Below are positions 49,121 through 58,527 of a stretch of DNA of 64,000 nt, piece by piece; positions within the stretch are counted from its first letter, which is position 1, and each line of letters opens with the position of its first letter. Origin of the DNA: Cuniculiplasma divulgatum (GTDB lineage Archaea > Thermoplasmatota > Thermoplasmata > Thermoplasmatales > Thermoplasmataceae); contig CP133595.1 of NCBI GenBank assembly GCA_031200235.1, positions 1,386,877 through 1,450,876 on the forward strand. The letters run 5' to 3'. The notes beneath the pieces were generated by a model. The model was not told where the DNA came from. It saw only the letters and a program-made list of their open reading frames with translations, and did no database searches. A program made the position numbers and the translations under genes.

Positions 49121-50410
49121 ATGGAAAGAATTTACATTCGGGATCTCAGGCACTCAATGGATAACTCAGAAGTTGAGCTCAATGGCTGGATTCAGGAAGT
49201 CAGGAAGCTCAAGAAGATTTCATTCTTAATACTGCGTGACAGCACAGGAACCGTTCAGGTAACTCTTAAGCCGGAGAATATTCCAGACATTGACATCATT
49301 ACTGGAGTCAACCGGGAATCCGTTATATCTGTGCGAGGTACAGTCACAAAGGAAGGCGTTGCCAAGTCCGGCATAGAAGTTGTTGCAAAATCAGTGAAGA
49401 TTCTGAATCAGGCGGGAACTCCTCTTCCTCTTGGAATTACTGACCCGGTGGAAGCTGACTTTGATACAAGGCTGAACAACAGATTTCTGGATCTGAGGAA
49501 ACCAGACAAGCACCTGATTTTCAGGGTCGAGAGCTCCCTTCTCTGGGGCATCAGAAAATTCCTTATGTCAAAGGATTTCATCGAGGTACATACACCTAAA
49601 ATCGTGGCAGCCGCCACGGAAGGTGGCGCCGATCTTTTCAGGGTACAGTATTTTGAAAAGAATGCCTACCTGAACCAGAGTCCGCAGCTTTACAAGGAGA
49701 TACTGATCTCAGGCGGGATAGATCGGGTTTTTGAGGTTGGGCCGGCTTTTCGGGCAGAGGAGCATAACACAGTAAGGCATCTGAACGAGTTCACTTCTGT
49801 GGATATCGAGATGGCTTTCTCGGATCATAACGATGCCATGAGGATGCTTGAAAATGCAGTAAGATCCGGAATTCAGGAAGTTGTGGATAAAAATATTGAG
49901 TCCCTTGAACTCCATGGCATACATCTGAAGGTTCCGGATGTACCGTTTCCCAGGATCACATACAGGGACTGCATTTCAATTCTGGAGAAAGAGGGACAGT
50001 CAGTCACATTCGGCGAGGACTTCACTCCAGAGCAGCTCAGGGAAATAGGAAAGAAATTCCCGGATTTCTATTTTATCACAGAATGGCCGTCATCTGTCAG
50101 GCCTTTCTATACCATGCCAAAGCCGGGGGATGATGAGGTCACCAACTCTTATGATCTGCAGTTCGGAGAGAAGGAGATAACTTCAGGAGCACAGAGAGTC
50201 CATGATCCTGATTTACTAGAAAAGAGGTTCAGGCAGAAAGGCCTGGATCCTTCTGCCTTTGAATTCTATATAAAGGCTTTCAAATATGGCATGCCACCAC
50301 ACGCAGGCTGGGGACTGGGACTGGAAAGGCTCAGCATGATCATACTGAACCTCCCCAACATACGTGAGGTTACTCTATTTCCTAGGGATAGAACGAGAAT
50401 TGTCCCCTGA
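49121..50410 (+). CDS. aspS: aspartyl-tRNA synthetase (archaeal type)
   Basis: 429 aa. N-terminal OB domain, class II motifs FRAEEHNTVRHLNEF and GLGLERL. Confidence 0.95.
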   Translation: MERIYIRDLRHSMDNSEVELNGWIQEVRKLKKISFLILRDSTGTVQVTLKPENIPDIDIITGVNRESVISVRGTVTKEGVAKSGIEVVAKSVKILNQAGTPLPLGITDPVEADFDTRLNNRFLDLRKPDKHLIFRVESSLLWGIRKFLMSKDFIEVHTPKIVAAATEGGADLFRVQYFEKNAYLNQSPQLYKEILISGGIDRVFEVGPAFRAEEHNTVRHLNEFTSVDIEMAFSDHNDAMRMLENAVRSGIQEVVDKNIESLELHGIHLKVPDVPFPRITYRDCISILEKEGQSVTFGEDFTPEQLREIGKKFPDFYFITEWPSSVRPFYTMPKPGDDEVTNSYDLQFGEKEITSGAQRVHDPDLLEKRFRQKGLDPSAFEFYIKAFKYGMPPHAGWGLGLERLSMIILNLPNIREVTLFPRDRTRIVP

Positions 50411-50677
50411 TTCCTTTCTTTTCCTCCCATCGTCACCAAAAGCTACTTGATCCATCTCTTCATAGCTGGCTATTTCCAGGTCATCTCTTAGAAATTTTTT
50501 CTTGGACATCAATGACCAATTAATACATTTAAAAAGCGATATTTAAACATTTCTTATGTGTAATAGAATAAAACCATGATTGAATAGTCTGCTGGCTGAA
50601 GTAATGTGAAATCAAATGCTGCTTCGTGGCGATGCAACCATATTATAGGTTGAATCCAATATTCGTGTGGTGACGAA

Positions 50678-51016
50678 ATGTCGGAGATGATTACTTATTC
50701 TGATTTCGAAAAGGTCGATATAAGGGCTGGAAGAATAATTTCCGCTGAACCTTTTCCTGAGGCAAAGAAGCCAGCAATCAGGCTCACAATAGATTTTGGC
50801 AGCCTGGGGTTGAAGAAGTCCAGTGCCCAGATTACCATGCACTATGTTCCAGAATCACTGGTAGGAAAGACTGTGATAGCAGTTGTTAATTTCCCACCGA
50901 AACAGATAGCCAACTTCATTTCTGAGGTACTGGTTCTGGGGCTCCCCGACAGCAAAGGCAATACTGTCCTCGTCTTCCCAGATAAGGACGTTGAACCCGG
51001 TGCAAAACTTCACTGA
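50678..51016 (+). CDS. tRNA-binding domain protein (CsaA/Trbp111-like)
   Basis: 112 aa. FEKVDIRAGRIISAEPFPEAKKPAIRLTIDFG. Confidence 0.85.
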   Translation: MSEMITYSDFEKVDIRAGRIISAEPFPEAKKPAIRLTIDFGSLGLKKSSAQITMHYVPESLVGKTVIAVVNFPPKQIANFISEVLVLGLPDSKGNTVLVFPDKDVEPGAKLH

Positions 51017-51069
51017 CGCCAGACCTTTGACCTGTGAAAATTCCATATTCGTGCATCGAATATCCTGGC

Positions 51070-52041
51070 ATGAAATCAGATGGAAGTATCAGCCGCATAG
51101 GAGTTGTGGGTGCCGGTAACATGGGGGCATCAATTGCCGAGGTTATGGCCTTCAACGGGTATGATGTTGTCATGAAGGACCAGAACGACGAGCTTATACA
51201 GCGGGGTATGAAGAAGATCAGGGACATTGTATCATCACAGGTCAGATATCAGGAAGGCAGGTATAAGAAAGAGGCGGACAGGATCAGGCTGCTTGGAATA
51301 GAACTCACGCATGATCAGGAAGATGTGCTGAAACAGAAAATGAGGCCAGAATTTACAGAAACAGAAGCAGAGAAGGTTCTGTCAAGAATCCACACAACTG
51401 TTGACTATTCCGAGATGTCTAATGTCGACTTTGTCATAGAGGCTGCATTCGAAAATCTTGACGTGAAAAGAGACATTTTTAGATCACTTTCATCAGTGGT
51501 GGGCGAGAATACAATCCTTGCATCCAACACATCTTCCCTTAGCATAACTGCAATAGCTTCAGGCACGGGAAATCCTTCAAGGGTCATAATTACACACTTC
51601 TTCAATCCTCCATTCACTCTTCCACTTGTGGAGGTGGTAAAAGGGCTGAAAACTTCATATGAGACAGAGAAGAGAACAATGGAATTCATTGGGGGATTGC
51701 ACAACCACAGGAAACAGATGGTTCCAATTTCGGTTAAGGAGAATCCCGGATTCGTGGTGAACAGGATGCTGGTCCCCATGCTGAATGAGGCCGTTTTCCT
51801 GATGCAGGAGGGCGTAGCTTCTGCGCGGGATATCGACACTGCCATGAAACTGGGTGCAGGTATGCCCATGGGGCCACTTGAACTGCTGGACATGGTTGGA
51901 CTGGACGTTACCCTGGACGTATGCAACGTACTGCAGCATGATTTCGGGGACCAGAAATACAGGCCATCCGTGCTTCTGCAAAAGATGGTGGAAGCTGGCC
52001 TTTTCGGTAAAAAATCAGGTGAGGGCTTCTACAAATACTGA
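51070..52041 (+). CDS. 3-hydroxyacyl-CoA dehydrogenase
   Basis: IGVVGAGNMGASIA Rossmann motif, NTSSLSI, HFFNPP, GFVVNR. Start at ATG 51070 rather than GTG 51034. Confidence 0.88.
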   Translation: MKSDGSISRIGVVGAGNMGASIAEVMAFNGYDVVMKDQNDELIQRGMKKIRDIVSSQVRYQEGRYKKEADRIRLLGIELTHDQEDVLKQKMRPEFTETEAEKVLSRIHTTVDYSEMSNVDFVIEAAFENLDVKRDIFRSLSSVVGENTILASNTSSLSITAIASGTGNPSRVIITHFFNPPFTLPLVEVVKGLKTSYETEKRTMEFIGGLHNHRKQMVPISVKENPGFVVNRMLVPMLNEAVFLMQEGVASARDIDTAMKLGAGMPMGPLELLDMVGLDVTLDVCNVLQHDFGDQKYRPSVLLQKMVEAGLFGKKSGEGFYKY

Positions 52042-52043
52042 CC

Positions 52044-52331
52044 TCATTTTACCTGCTTCACGTCTTTCAGTTGCTTGTTAAGCAGAACAACTGTGGGGCT
52101 AACAACATATTTTGACTTGGATATTCTGGCGATTGAAATGAGGGCGGTCTTGTTTCTGTTGTTCCTGAATATGCTCCTTATCTCGTGGATCATGGTCTTG
52201 TTCACTGACAATTCCACGTAGATCGGGTTTCCCATGTGGTACCACGTGGCTATTATGGAACCACTTTCCGTGTTTTCCACATCCTCCCGGTCCACTTCAA
52301 AATCAAACCTTTGCCCAACTTCTATTTTCAA
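52044..52331 (-). CDS. hypothetical protein
   Basis: 95-aa ORF. No recognised motif. Confidence 0.35.
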   Translation of the reverse strand: MKIEVGQRFDFEVDREDVENTESGSIIATWYHMGNPIYVELSVNKTMIHEIRSIFRNNRNKTALISIARISKSKYVVSPTVVLLNKQLKDVKQVK

Positions 52332-52456
52332 ATCAGCTACCTGTTAGCATAGAAAAAAACTTGTTATTTAAGCTTTTTCTGTATGGGGTCCGTCAGAAAG
52401 TTGTTAAATATGGAATGGAAACCACACCATATAAGCAAAAGCAGGGAATTTCGCAT

Positions 52457-52903
52457 TTACTCTTCCTTTTCCACCAGCGTTATTCCAAGAACCTTTTCAA
52501 GTTTCCTGGCGACCTTGATTTCAGGAAGAAGGTCTCCGCGTTCCATGCTTGAAAGCACATTTTTCCGCTCAAGGATCTTTGCTGCAAGCTCATCCTGTGT
52601 CATGTTCAGCTTCTCCCTGGCCTCCTTTATGAGTTCGCCATAATCCTGGACAACGGTGAGGCTGTCGATGTTGTCCCGGGTTCGTCTCCGGGATGTTGGC
52701 TTTGCTGGAGGGACAATAATCCGTTTCTGGTTGATCTTTATGGTTGCGATTGGTTCTTCTGCAGCAGGTTTGCTGAAGCTGGTCCTGATACTTTCTGCAG
52801 GGGTGCCAAATTTAGCGCAAGCATCGCACACATTCAGGATTGCACCATCTATTCTCACCTTTGTCAGGTGGGGCACATTCTTTCCGCACATTTCGCAGTC
52901 CAT
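52457..52903 (-). CDS. mbf1: archaeal multiprotein-bridging factor 1 (zinc ribbon plus Cro/C1 HTH)
   Basis: MDCEMCGKN..CDACAKFG ribbon and the C-terminal HTH LNMTQDELAAKILERKNVLSSMERG. Start at ATG 52903; upstream ORF codons are not protein-like and would overlap flpA. Confidence 0.88.
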   Translation of the reverse strand: MDCEMCGKNVPHLTKVRIDGAILNVCDACAKFGTPAESIRTSFSKPAAEEPIATIKINQKRIIVPPAKPTSRRRTRDNIDSLTVVQDYGELIKEAREKLNMTQDELAAKILERKNVLSSMERGDLLPEIKVARKLEKVLGITLVEKEE

Positions 52904-53123
52904 GCTTTCCTTATTGGAACCGGGAATAAAAACATGATTCATTAATGGCACTGCCTCTTTCAAACTGGCAAAATAACACCTGTCAGGGATGGAAAATATG
53001 ACATAGATGAAACCCATGCACATGGGCTGACATCCGGTTCCTTCGGAGATACAACAATGCAACTGTTGGCGATTAAACCAGAGCGTGCCGAATGGGATGG
53101 ATTCAGCAGAGATATGATGCATA

Positions 53124-53768
53124 TTGAACACTCTGCCCATTGGGGTTGTTAAGCAGAAGAATTCGCTATACACAGTTTCACGAAGCAATAGGCCTGTTTA
53201 TGGAGAAAAGATCAGAAAGATTGAAGTGGGGTATCTTCGTGAGTGGAACCCAAAAAGGAGTAAGCTGGCGGCAGCCATAGTGAAGCGTATCACAACTGTT
53301 CCTCTGAGGCAGAATTCCAATGTGCTGTATCTCGGTGCAGCGTCAGGAACAACGGTCAGCCACATCTCGGACATATGCAGCAGCGGAAGAGTGTATGCCA
53401 TTGAGAAAGCCTACGATCCTTTTGTTCAGCTTCTCGATCTTTCACAGCAGAGGGACAATATATACCCAATAATCGAGGATGCCGGGCAGGTCGATCGTTT
53501 CAGGTTTTTCATTGATCGGGTGGACATGATATACCAGGACATTGCCCAGCGCAACCAGGTCCAGATATTCAACAGCAATGCAGCAGCATTTACAGATGCC
53601 AAAGATGCCCTGCTTGTCCTGAAGATAAGGGCAATTTCAAGCAAAGGGCATGAGAGGGACATACTGCAGGAGGCAACTTCAAGGATTGAGGGTTTCAGGG
53701 TGCTGGAAACGGTGGATCTGTCGCCATTTTCAAAATCAAATTACATGTTAAGGCTCAAGAGGCTGTGA
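53124..53768 (+). CDS. flpA: fibrillarin-like rRNA/tRNA 2'-O-methyltransferase
   Basis: 214 aa. VYGEKI, LREWNPKRSKLAAAI, SAM motif VLYLGAASGTTVSHISD. TTG start; there is no in-frame ATG near the N-terminus. Confidence 0.9.
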   Translation: MNTLPIGVVKQKNSLYTVSRSNRPVYGEKIRKIEVGYLREWNPKRSKLAAAIVKRITTVPLRQNSNVLYLGAASGTTVSHISDICSSGRVYAIEKAYDPFVQLLDLSQQRDNIYPIIEDAGQVDRFRFFIDRVDMIYQDIAQRNQVQIFNSNAAAFTDAKDALLVLKIRAISSKGHERDILQEATSRIEGFRVLETVDLSPFSKSNYMLRLKRL

Positions 53769-53819
53769 CCAGCCATTGCCAGAATTATCCCGGCAATCCG
53801 GCTTGGAAATGGTATTCAC

Positions 53820-55013
53820 GATCTCCAGTCGCAAGGAAGCCCACCTCTTCAGATGTGGGAGGAATTGCGACACTCTTATATATTGAGTGTATATATCAAT
53901 ATTGTGCTTAAGACCCTTCAGATAAAACTGCTTCCCGATGATAAACAGCAGGGAGCATTGGTTGATACCTTCATCAAATTCAACAGTGCCTGCAACTTTG
54001 TTTCCAGGATAGCGTTTGAAGGGAAACTGTATAACAAGGTTATTCTCCAGAAAATCACGTACAGGGACATCAGGGAGAGGTTCGGTCTTGCTGCACAGCT
54101 TGCCATCAGGGTCATAGCAAAGGTTGTTGAAACCTATAAGGCTGATAAGACGTCTTTCCATGAGTTCAGGGATTTTGGTTCCATTGTATATGATCAGAGG
54201 ATACTGAGCTTCAAGGGTGTTGATGAGGTGAGCATCAGTACTACCAGTGGAAGGGTAAGAGTACCCATAACCATTGGAAAATATGGTGAAATACCTTTTG
54301 AAAGGATCAGGGGTCAGTGTGATCTCATAAGGAAAAACAAAATGTTCTACCTCATGGTTGCCGTTGAAGTTCCTGAAGAACCCATCATCAAACCGAAGGA
54401 CATCATGGGAGTTGACATGGGCATCGTCAATATTGCGGTGGATTCTACCGGGAAGTACTATTCCGGTGATGAGATCAATGAGGTCAGGGAACACAATGCT
54501 GATCTCCGTTCCAGGCTGCAATCTGTGGAGACCAAATCCGCAAAACGCCATCTGAAGAAACTCTCCGGAAAGGAGGGCAGGTTCGCCAGAACCACCAACC
54601 ACATAATATCTAAAGAGATCGTTCAGAAAGCCAAAGGCACCTCTTCTGCGATTGCCATTGAAAACCTCAGTGGCATAAGAATGAGGACAACCGTTAGGAA
54701 AGGCAACAGGTACATCCATAATTCGTGGGCTTTCAACCAGCTCCGGTCGTTCATTGAATACAGGGCAAGGGAAGCAGGAATCCCTGTCATTGTTGTGGAC
54801 CCACACAACACCAGCAGGGAATGTCCCCATTGCCATGCCATAAGCAGGAAGAACAGGCTGGAACAATCCAGGTTCAAATGTATTTCCTGTGGGTTTGAGG
54901 GAGAAGCGGATTTCATCGCCTCCCTCAACATCAGGAACAGGGCTGCTGTCAGCCAGCCTATTGTAGCCTGATAAGAGTTACAAGCCAACATGCTTTAGCA
55001 GTTGGTAGTTGAC
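53820..55013 (+). mobile_element. TnpB-only IS200/IS605-type element, copy 2 (1194 bp)
   Basis: Same ends as copy 1, preceded by TTCAC (53815-53819). Intergenic between flpA and a methyltransferase gene. Confidence 0.9.
53904..54971 (+). CDS. tnpB: TnpB (RuvC-like RNA-guided nuclease)
   Basis: 355 aa with nine substitutions relative to copy 1, and a stop one codon earlier. RuvC and zinc-finger residues are intact. Confidence 0.9.
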   Translation: MLKTLQIKLLPDDKQQGALVDTFIKFNSACNFVSRIAFEGKLYNKVILQKITYRDIRERFGLAAQLAIRVIAKVVETYKADKTSFHEFRDFGSIVYDQRILSFKGVDEVSISTTSGRVRVPITIGKYGEIPFERIRGQCDLIRKNKMFYLMVAVEVPEEPIIKPKDIMGVDMGIVNIAVDSTGKYYSGDEINEVREHNADLRSRLQSVETKSAKRHLKKLSGKEGRFARTTNHIISKEIVQKAKGTSSAIAIENLSGIRMRTTVRKGNRYIHNSWAFNQLRSFIEYRAREAGIPVIVVDPHNTSRECPHCHAISRKNRLEQSRFKCISCGFEGEADFIASLNIRNRAAVSQPIVA

Positions 55014-55029
55014 CATCGAATAAGATGTC
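54897..55029 (+). ncRNA. candidate omega-RNA of copy 2
   Basis: Same three stem-loops as copy 1. The terminal stem has A at 54988 pairing with T 55002, where copy 1 has a G:T wobble. The presumed guide would run into the start of the downstream gene. Confidence 0.45.
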
Positions 55030-55777
55030 CGATTTCAGGGAATTCTTTTCAGTAAATGCCCGGGAATATTCAAAGAGCAAATCCCACAGCCAGGGATCCG
55101 ACCTGGTTGTCCTGATGAATATGCTTCAACCGAGGCCGGATATGAATTGCCTGGACATGGCTCCAGGAACAGGCTTCACAGCCATGGAACTTGCCAGAAA
55201 GTGTGGCAAGGTCACTGCCGTTGATGCAACTGAAGAGATGCTTTCTGAGGTAGTCAAGAATGCAACAGAGGCCGGATATACCGGAATTGAGTTTATGGAA
55301 AGAATGGTGGAAAGCACCGGGCTTGAATCAGGGTTATATGATGTAGTAACATGCAGGAGGGCAGCCCACCATTTCTCTGATAAAGGAGCCTTCCTGTGGG
55401 AAGTGATGCGTGTCCTGAAACCCGGCGGCAAACTGGGGCTTGTGGATATGGTGGTGCCTGAGGCAGATAATTCAGACCTACTCAACAGAATTGAAAGGAT
55501 AAGGGGTCCCTCCCATGTCGGTGCCGAAAAAATTTCAAACTGGATACATTTTGTTTCAGCGGCAGGATTCAGGATCATTGAGACCAGGGAAACTCAGGAG
55601 GAATACAGCGTGGAAGCATGGATGGCGCCAGCGTCGACCAGCGGGGAAGCTTTCAAACAGGTGAAGCAGGTCCTCGAAACTGCCACCGGAGACGATCTGA
55701 AGGGTGCTGGAATCAGTTCAGACAGAAAAAAGATAAACAAGCACAGGATGATTTTGATAGCTGAAAAGCCAAGTTAA
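55025..55777 (+). CDS. class I SAM-dependent methyltransferase
   Basis: 250 aa. CLDMAPGTGFTAMELA, LKPGGKLGLVD. Confidence 0.8.
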   Translation: MSDFREFFSVNAREYSKSKSHSQGSDLVVLMNMLQPRPDMNCLDMAPGTGFTAMELARKCGKVTAVDATEEMLSEVVKNATEAGYTGIEFMERMVESTGLESGLYDVVTCRRAAHHFSDKGAFLWEVMRVLKPGGKLGLVDMVVPEADNSDLLNRIERIRGPSHVGAEKISNWIHFVSAAGFRIIETRETQEEYSVEAWMAPASTSGEAFKQVKQVLETATGDDLKGAGISSDRKKINKHRMILIAEKPS

Positions 55778-55804
55778 TATCTTGTTGTATTCTTTCCCAC
55801 TGAA

Positions 55805-58519
55805 ATGAGTGATAACGGCGTTGAAAAAAAGACTGGAGAGCTTGATCTTCAATTCTTCGAAAGTGTTGGTTTCACAAAACGGAAATGCATCAAGTGTGGC
55901 TCATTTTACTGGAGTTCCGATCCAGAACGAAAGACATGCGGAGATCCACCATGCGATTCCTATTCATTCATAGGCAACAGTCCGGTCCTGAAACCTTATT
56001 CTCTCAAGGAAATGAGAGAGGCATTCCTGTCTTTCTTCAAGGGAACACATCATATTGTTGACCCGTACCCGGTGGTTCCAAGATGGCGGGACGACGTTCT
56101 TCTCGTTAATGCCTCCATCTACGATTTCCAACCACATGTAACATCTGGAAGGGTGAAGCCTCCGGGTAACCCCCTCACAATGTCGCAGCCGTCAATAAGA
56201 ATGACTGATACCGATCTTGTTGGGGAGACCGGCAGGCATCTGACGTGCTTTGAGATGCTTTGCCACGATGCTTTCAATTACCCGGACAGTTATGTTTACT
56301 GGAAAGAGGAGACTGTGAAATATTGCTATGATTTTCTCAATTCAAGGCTGGGGGTGGACGGTATGCTCATAACTTTCAAGGAGAAACCCTGGTCAGGTGG
56401 CGGAAATGGAGGCAATGCTTTCGAAGTGTTTGTCAGGGGTCTTGAGGTTGCCACTCTCGTATTCATGGATCTTCGTGAAGACGAAAGCGGGGAATTCGAG
56501 ATCGATGGCAAGCACTACTCCAGAATGGAGATGAAGATTGTGGATACGGGGTACGGCCTGGAGAGGTTGACCTGGCTTTCACAGGCCACTCCCACAGTCT
56601 ACCAGGCAGTGATGCCAGAAGTTGTCCAGGAAATAGTTAACAGGAGCAGGGACGGAAAAATGGACAATACTGTGCTTTCCATACTTTCTGCTGCCGCTGT
56701 TCAGGAAGAACCATTCAACAGATCCAGGATGATCGAGAGATCTATGGAGATCTTGAAATCCTCAAAGAAAACAGTCACACGGGAGGAACTGGATCGTATT
56801 TTTGAATACACAAAGTCCGTCTTCACCCTTGCTGATCATTCAAAAACTCTCATGGTTCTGTTCTCGGATTTCGTTATACCTTCCAACGTTAAGGTTGGAT
56901 ACCTTGCCAGGCTGCTCATAAGGAGATCAATGCGGGCCATCAAGGATCTGCAGGCGGACCTTAATCTGGTAAATCTGATTGACATGCACTGGAAATCACT
57001 TGCAGAGATCTTTCCAGGATATTCCAGTGCATTTGCATCCGAAGCTCTCAGAATAGAGGAGGCAAAGTTCACTGAAAACGAGAGAAAGTCGCAGCCAACG
57101 GTGCTTCGCATGTTTGACAGGAAGAGGGCCCTTACAGCGGACGATCTCGTCACGCTCTACGATTCATATGGCATAGTTCCTGAAGAGGCCGTATCAATTG
57201 TGGCAAAGGAACGGGGTGTGTCAGTTGAGATTCCCGAAGATTTCAACTCTCTCGTGGTCAAGAGGCACGAAACCGCAAAGGCCGAAATGGCACCGGCGGA
57301 CAGTTTCCCGGATATATACACGAGGCCCCTGTATTATGACGATCCAACAATGCAGGAGTTCAATGCCGTGGTTCTTTACTCAAGGGGAAATGACATAATT
57401 ACAAATCAGACTGCCTTCTATCCCGAAGGCGGAGGCCAGCCCTTTGATCTTGGATACTTCACATATAAAGGCCATAATGTTGATGTCACTGCAGTTCACA
57501 GGCACAGGCAGGCAGTCGTTCATACCATTTCTTCAGCAATCCCTGAGAAATCAAGGATAATCGGCCATATCGACTACGTGCGGAGGAGAAGGCTGATGGT
57601 CCACCATTCCGCCACTCACCTTCTACTGGGCGTATTGAGAGAGGTTCTCGGAAACCATGTATGGCAGAGCGGTGTCCAGAAGGGTACCGAAAGATCAAGG
57701 CTTGACATCACACATTTCAAACGCCTGACACCTGAAGAAATAAAAGAAGTAGAAAGAAGATGCCTGCTTCATATAACTGAAAACCGGCCCATAACCGTCA
57801 GGAACATTGAATGGAATACCGCGCTTTCAAAATACGGATTCAGACTGTTTGAGGGAGGCGTTCCCGAAGGCCGCGAAATCCGTGTGGTTGAGATTCAGGG
57901 AGTGGATGCAGAAGGCTGTGGAGGTACCCACCTTCGATCAACAGGGGAGATCGGCTTCCTGAAAATACTCAGGGTGGAGACCCTGCAGGAGGGCATCCAG
58001 AGGATAATATTCGCTGCTGGGGACGCAGCCTTGGAATTTGTGCAGGAAATGTATGAATCCGAGCTTTATCTGGAAACAATGCTGTCTGTAAAGCCGGAAG
58101 ATCTGTCCACGTCTGTTGAGAGGCTATTCCGGGAGAACCTTTCTCTCAAGAAGGAAAGGGACAGGCACATAAAGGAAGAGGTGGACAGGATAATCTCAGA
58201 AGGATCTTCCGTCTCGTCCGCCGGGGATATTGTGTTACTTTTGCATCAGGTATCCGACCCGGATGTGCTCAAGGCTCTGGTGGCTGCAATATTTTCAAGG
58301 AAGATAAGAACAGCTGTGGTGCCATATGGAAATGCGAATGCCCTAGAAGTGCGCATAATATCAGACGGAAACGAGGGTGCAAGGCTCCTTGCTGTGGAAA
58401 TCGTTAAGCATCTTTCCGGAAAAATTGCAGGATCCGGCAGGCATATAACCATAACTGGAATTTCTTGGTTCCCAGATGAAAAATTAATAAGCCGGATTTT
58501 AGATGAGAAGCACAGCTGA
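55805..58519 (+). CDS. alaS: alanyl-tRNA synthetase
   Basis: 904 aa. Editing-domain HHSATHLL and CGGTHL motifs, C-terminal DHHA1-like region. Confidence 0.95.
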   Translation: MSDNGVEKKTGELDLQFFESVGFTKRKCIKCGSFYWSSDPERKTCGDPPCDSYSFIGNSPVLKPYSLKEMREAFLSFFKGTHHIVDPYPVVPRWRDDVLLVNASIYDFQPHVTSGRVKPPGNPLTMSQPSIRMTDTDLVGETGRHLTCFEMLCHDAFNYPDSYVYWKEETVKYCYDFLNSRLGVDGMLITFKEKPWSGGGNGGNAFEVFVRGLEVATLVFMDLREDESGEFEIDGKHYSRMEMKIVDTGYGLERLTWLSQATPTVYQAVMPEVVQEIVNRSRDGKMDNTVLSILSAAAVQEEPFNRSRMIERSMEILKSSKKTVTREELDRIFEYTKSVFTLADHSKTLMVLFSDFVIPSNVKVGYLARLLIRRSMRAIKDLQADLNLVNLIDMHWKSLAEIFPGYSSAFASEALRIEEAKFTENERKSQPTVLRMFDRKRALTADDLVTLYDSYGIVPEEAVSIVAKERGVSVEIPEDFNSLVVKRHETAKAEMAPADSFPDIYTRPLYYDDPTMQEFNAVVLYSRGNDIITNQTAFYPEGGGQPFDLGYFTYKGHNVDVTAVHRHRQAVVHTISSAIPEKSRIIGHIDYVRRRRLMVHHSATHLLLGVLREVLGNHVWQSGVQKGTERSRLDITHFKRLTPEEIKEVERRCLLHITENRPITVRNIEWNTALSKYGFRLFEGGVPEGREIRVVEIQGVDAEGCGGTHLRSTGEIGFLKILRVETLQEGIQRIIFAAGDAALEFVQEMYESELYLETMLSVKPEDLSTSVERLFRENLSLKKERDRHIKEEVDRIISEGSSVSSAGDIVLLLHQVSDPDVLKALVAAIFSRKIRTAVVPYGNANALEVRIISDGNEGARLLAVEIVKHLSGKIAGSGRHITITGISWFPDEKLISRILDEKHS

Positions 58520-58527
58520 AGGAATAG

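Noticed and set aside
50375-50509. 44-aa minus-strand ORF (MSKKKFLRDDLEIASYEEMDQVAFGDDGRKRKESG...) with a TATA-like sequence upstream, overlapping the aspS 3' end by 36 nt.
   Set aside because: No recognisable motif, it is short, and it overlaps a well-supported gene. It cannot be supported without conservation or expression data.
50576-50640. ATGATTG..CTGA..TGTGAAA arrangement resembling a C/D box sRNA upstream of the tRNA-binding protein gene.
   Set aside because: The C and C' boxes are degenerate and there is no terminal CTGA D box at the required 12-nt spacing.
52904-53188. 95-codon N-terminal extension of the MBF1 ORF.
   Set aside because: Archaeal MBF1 starts at the M-x-C-E-x-C-G zinc ribbon. 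The extension is Cys/Phe/Trp-rich and would overlap the fibrillarin start.
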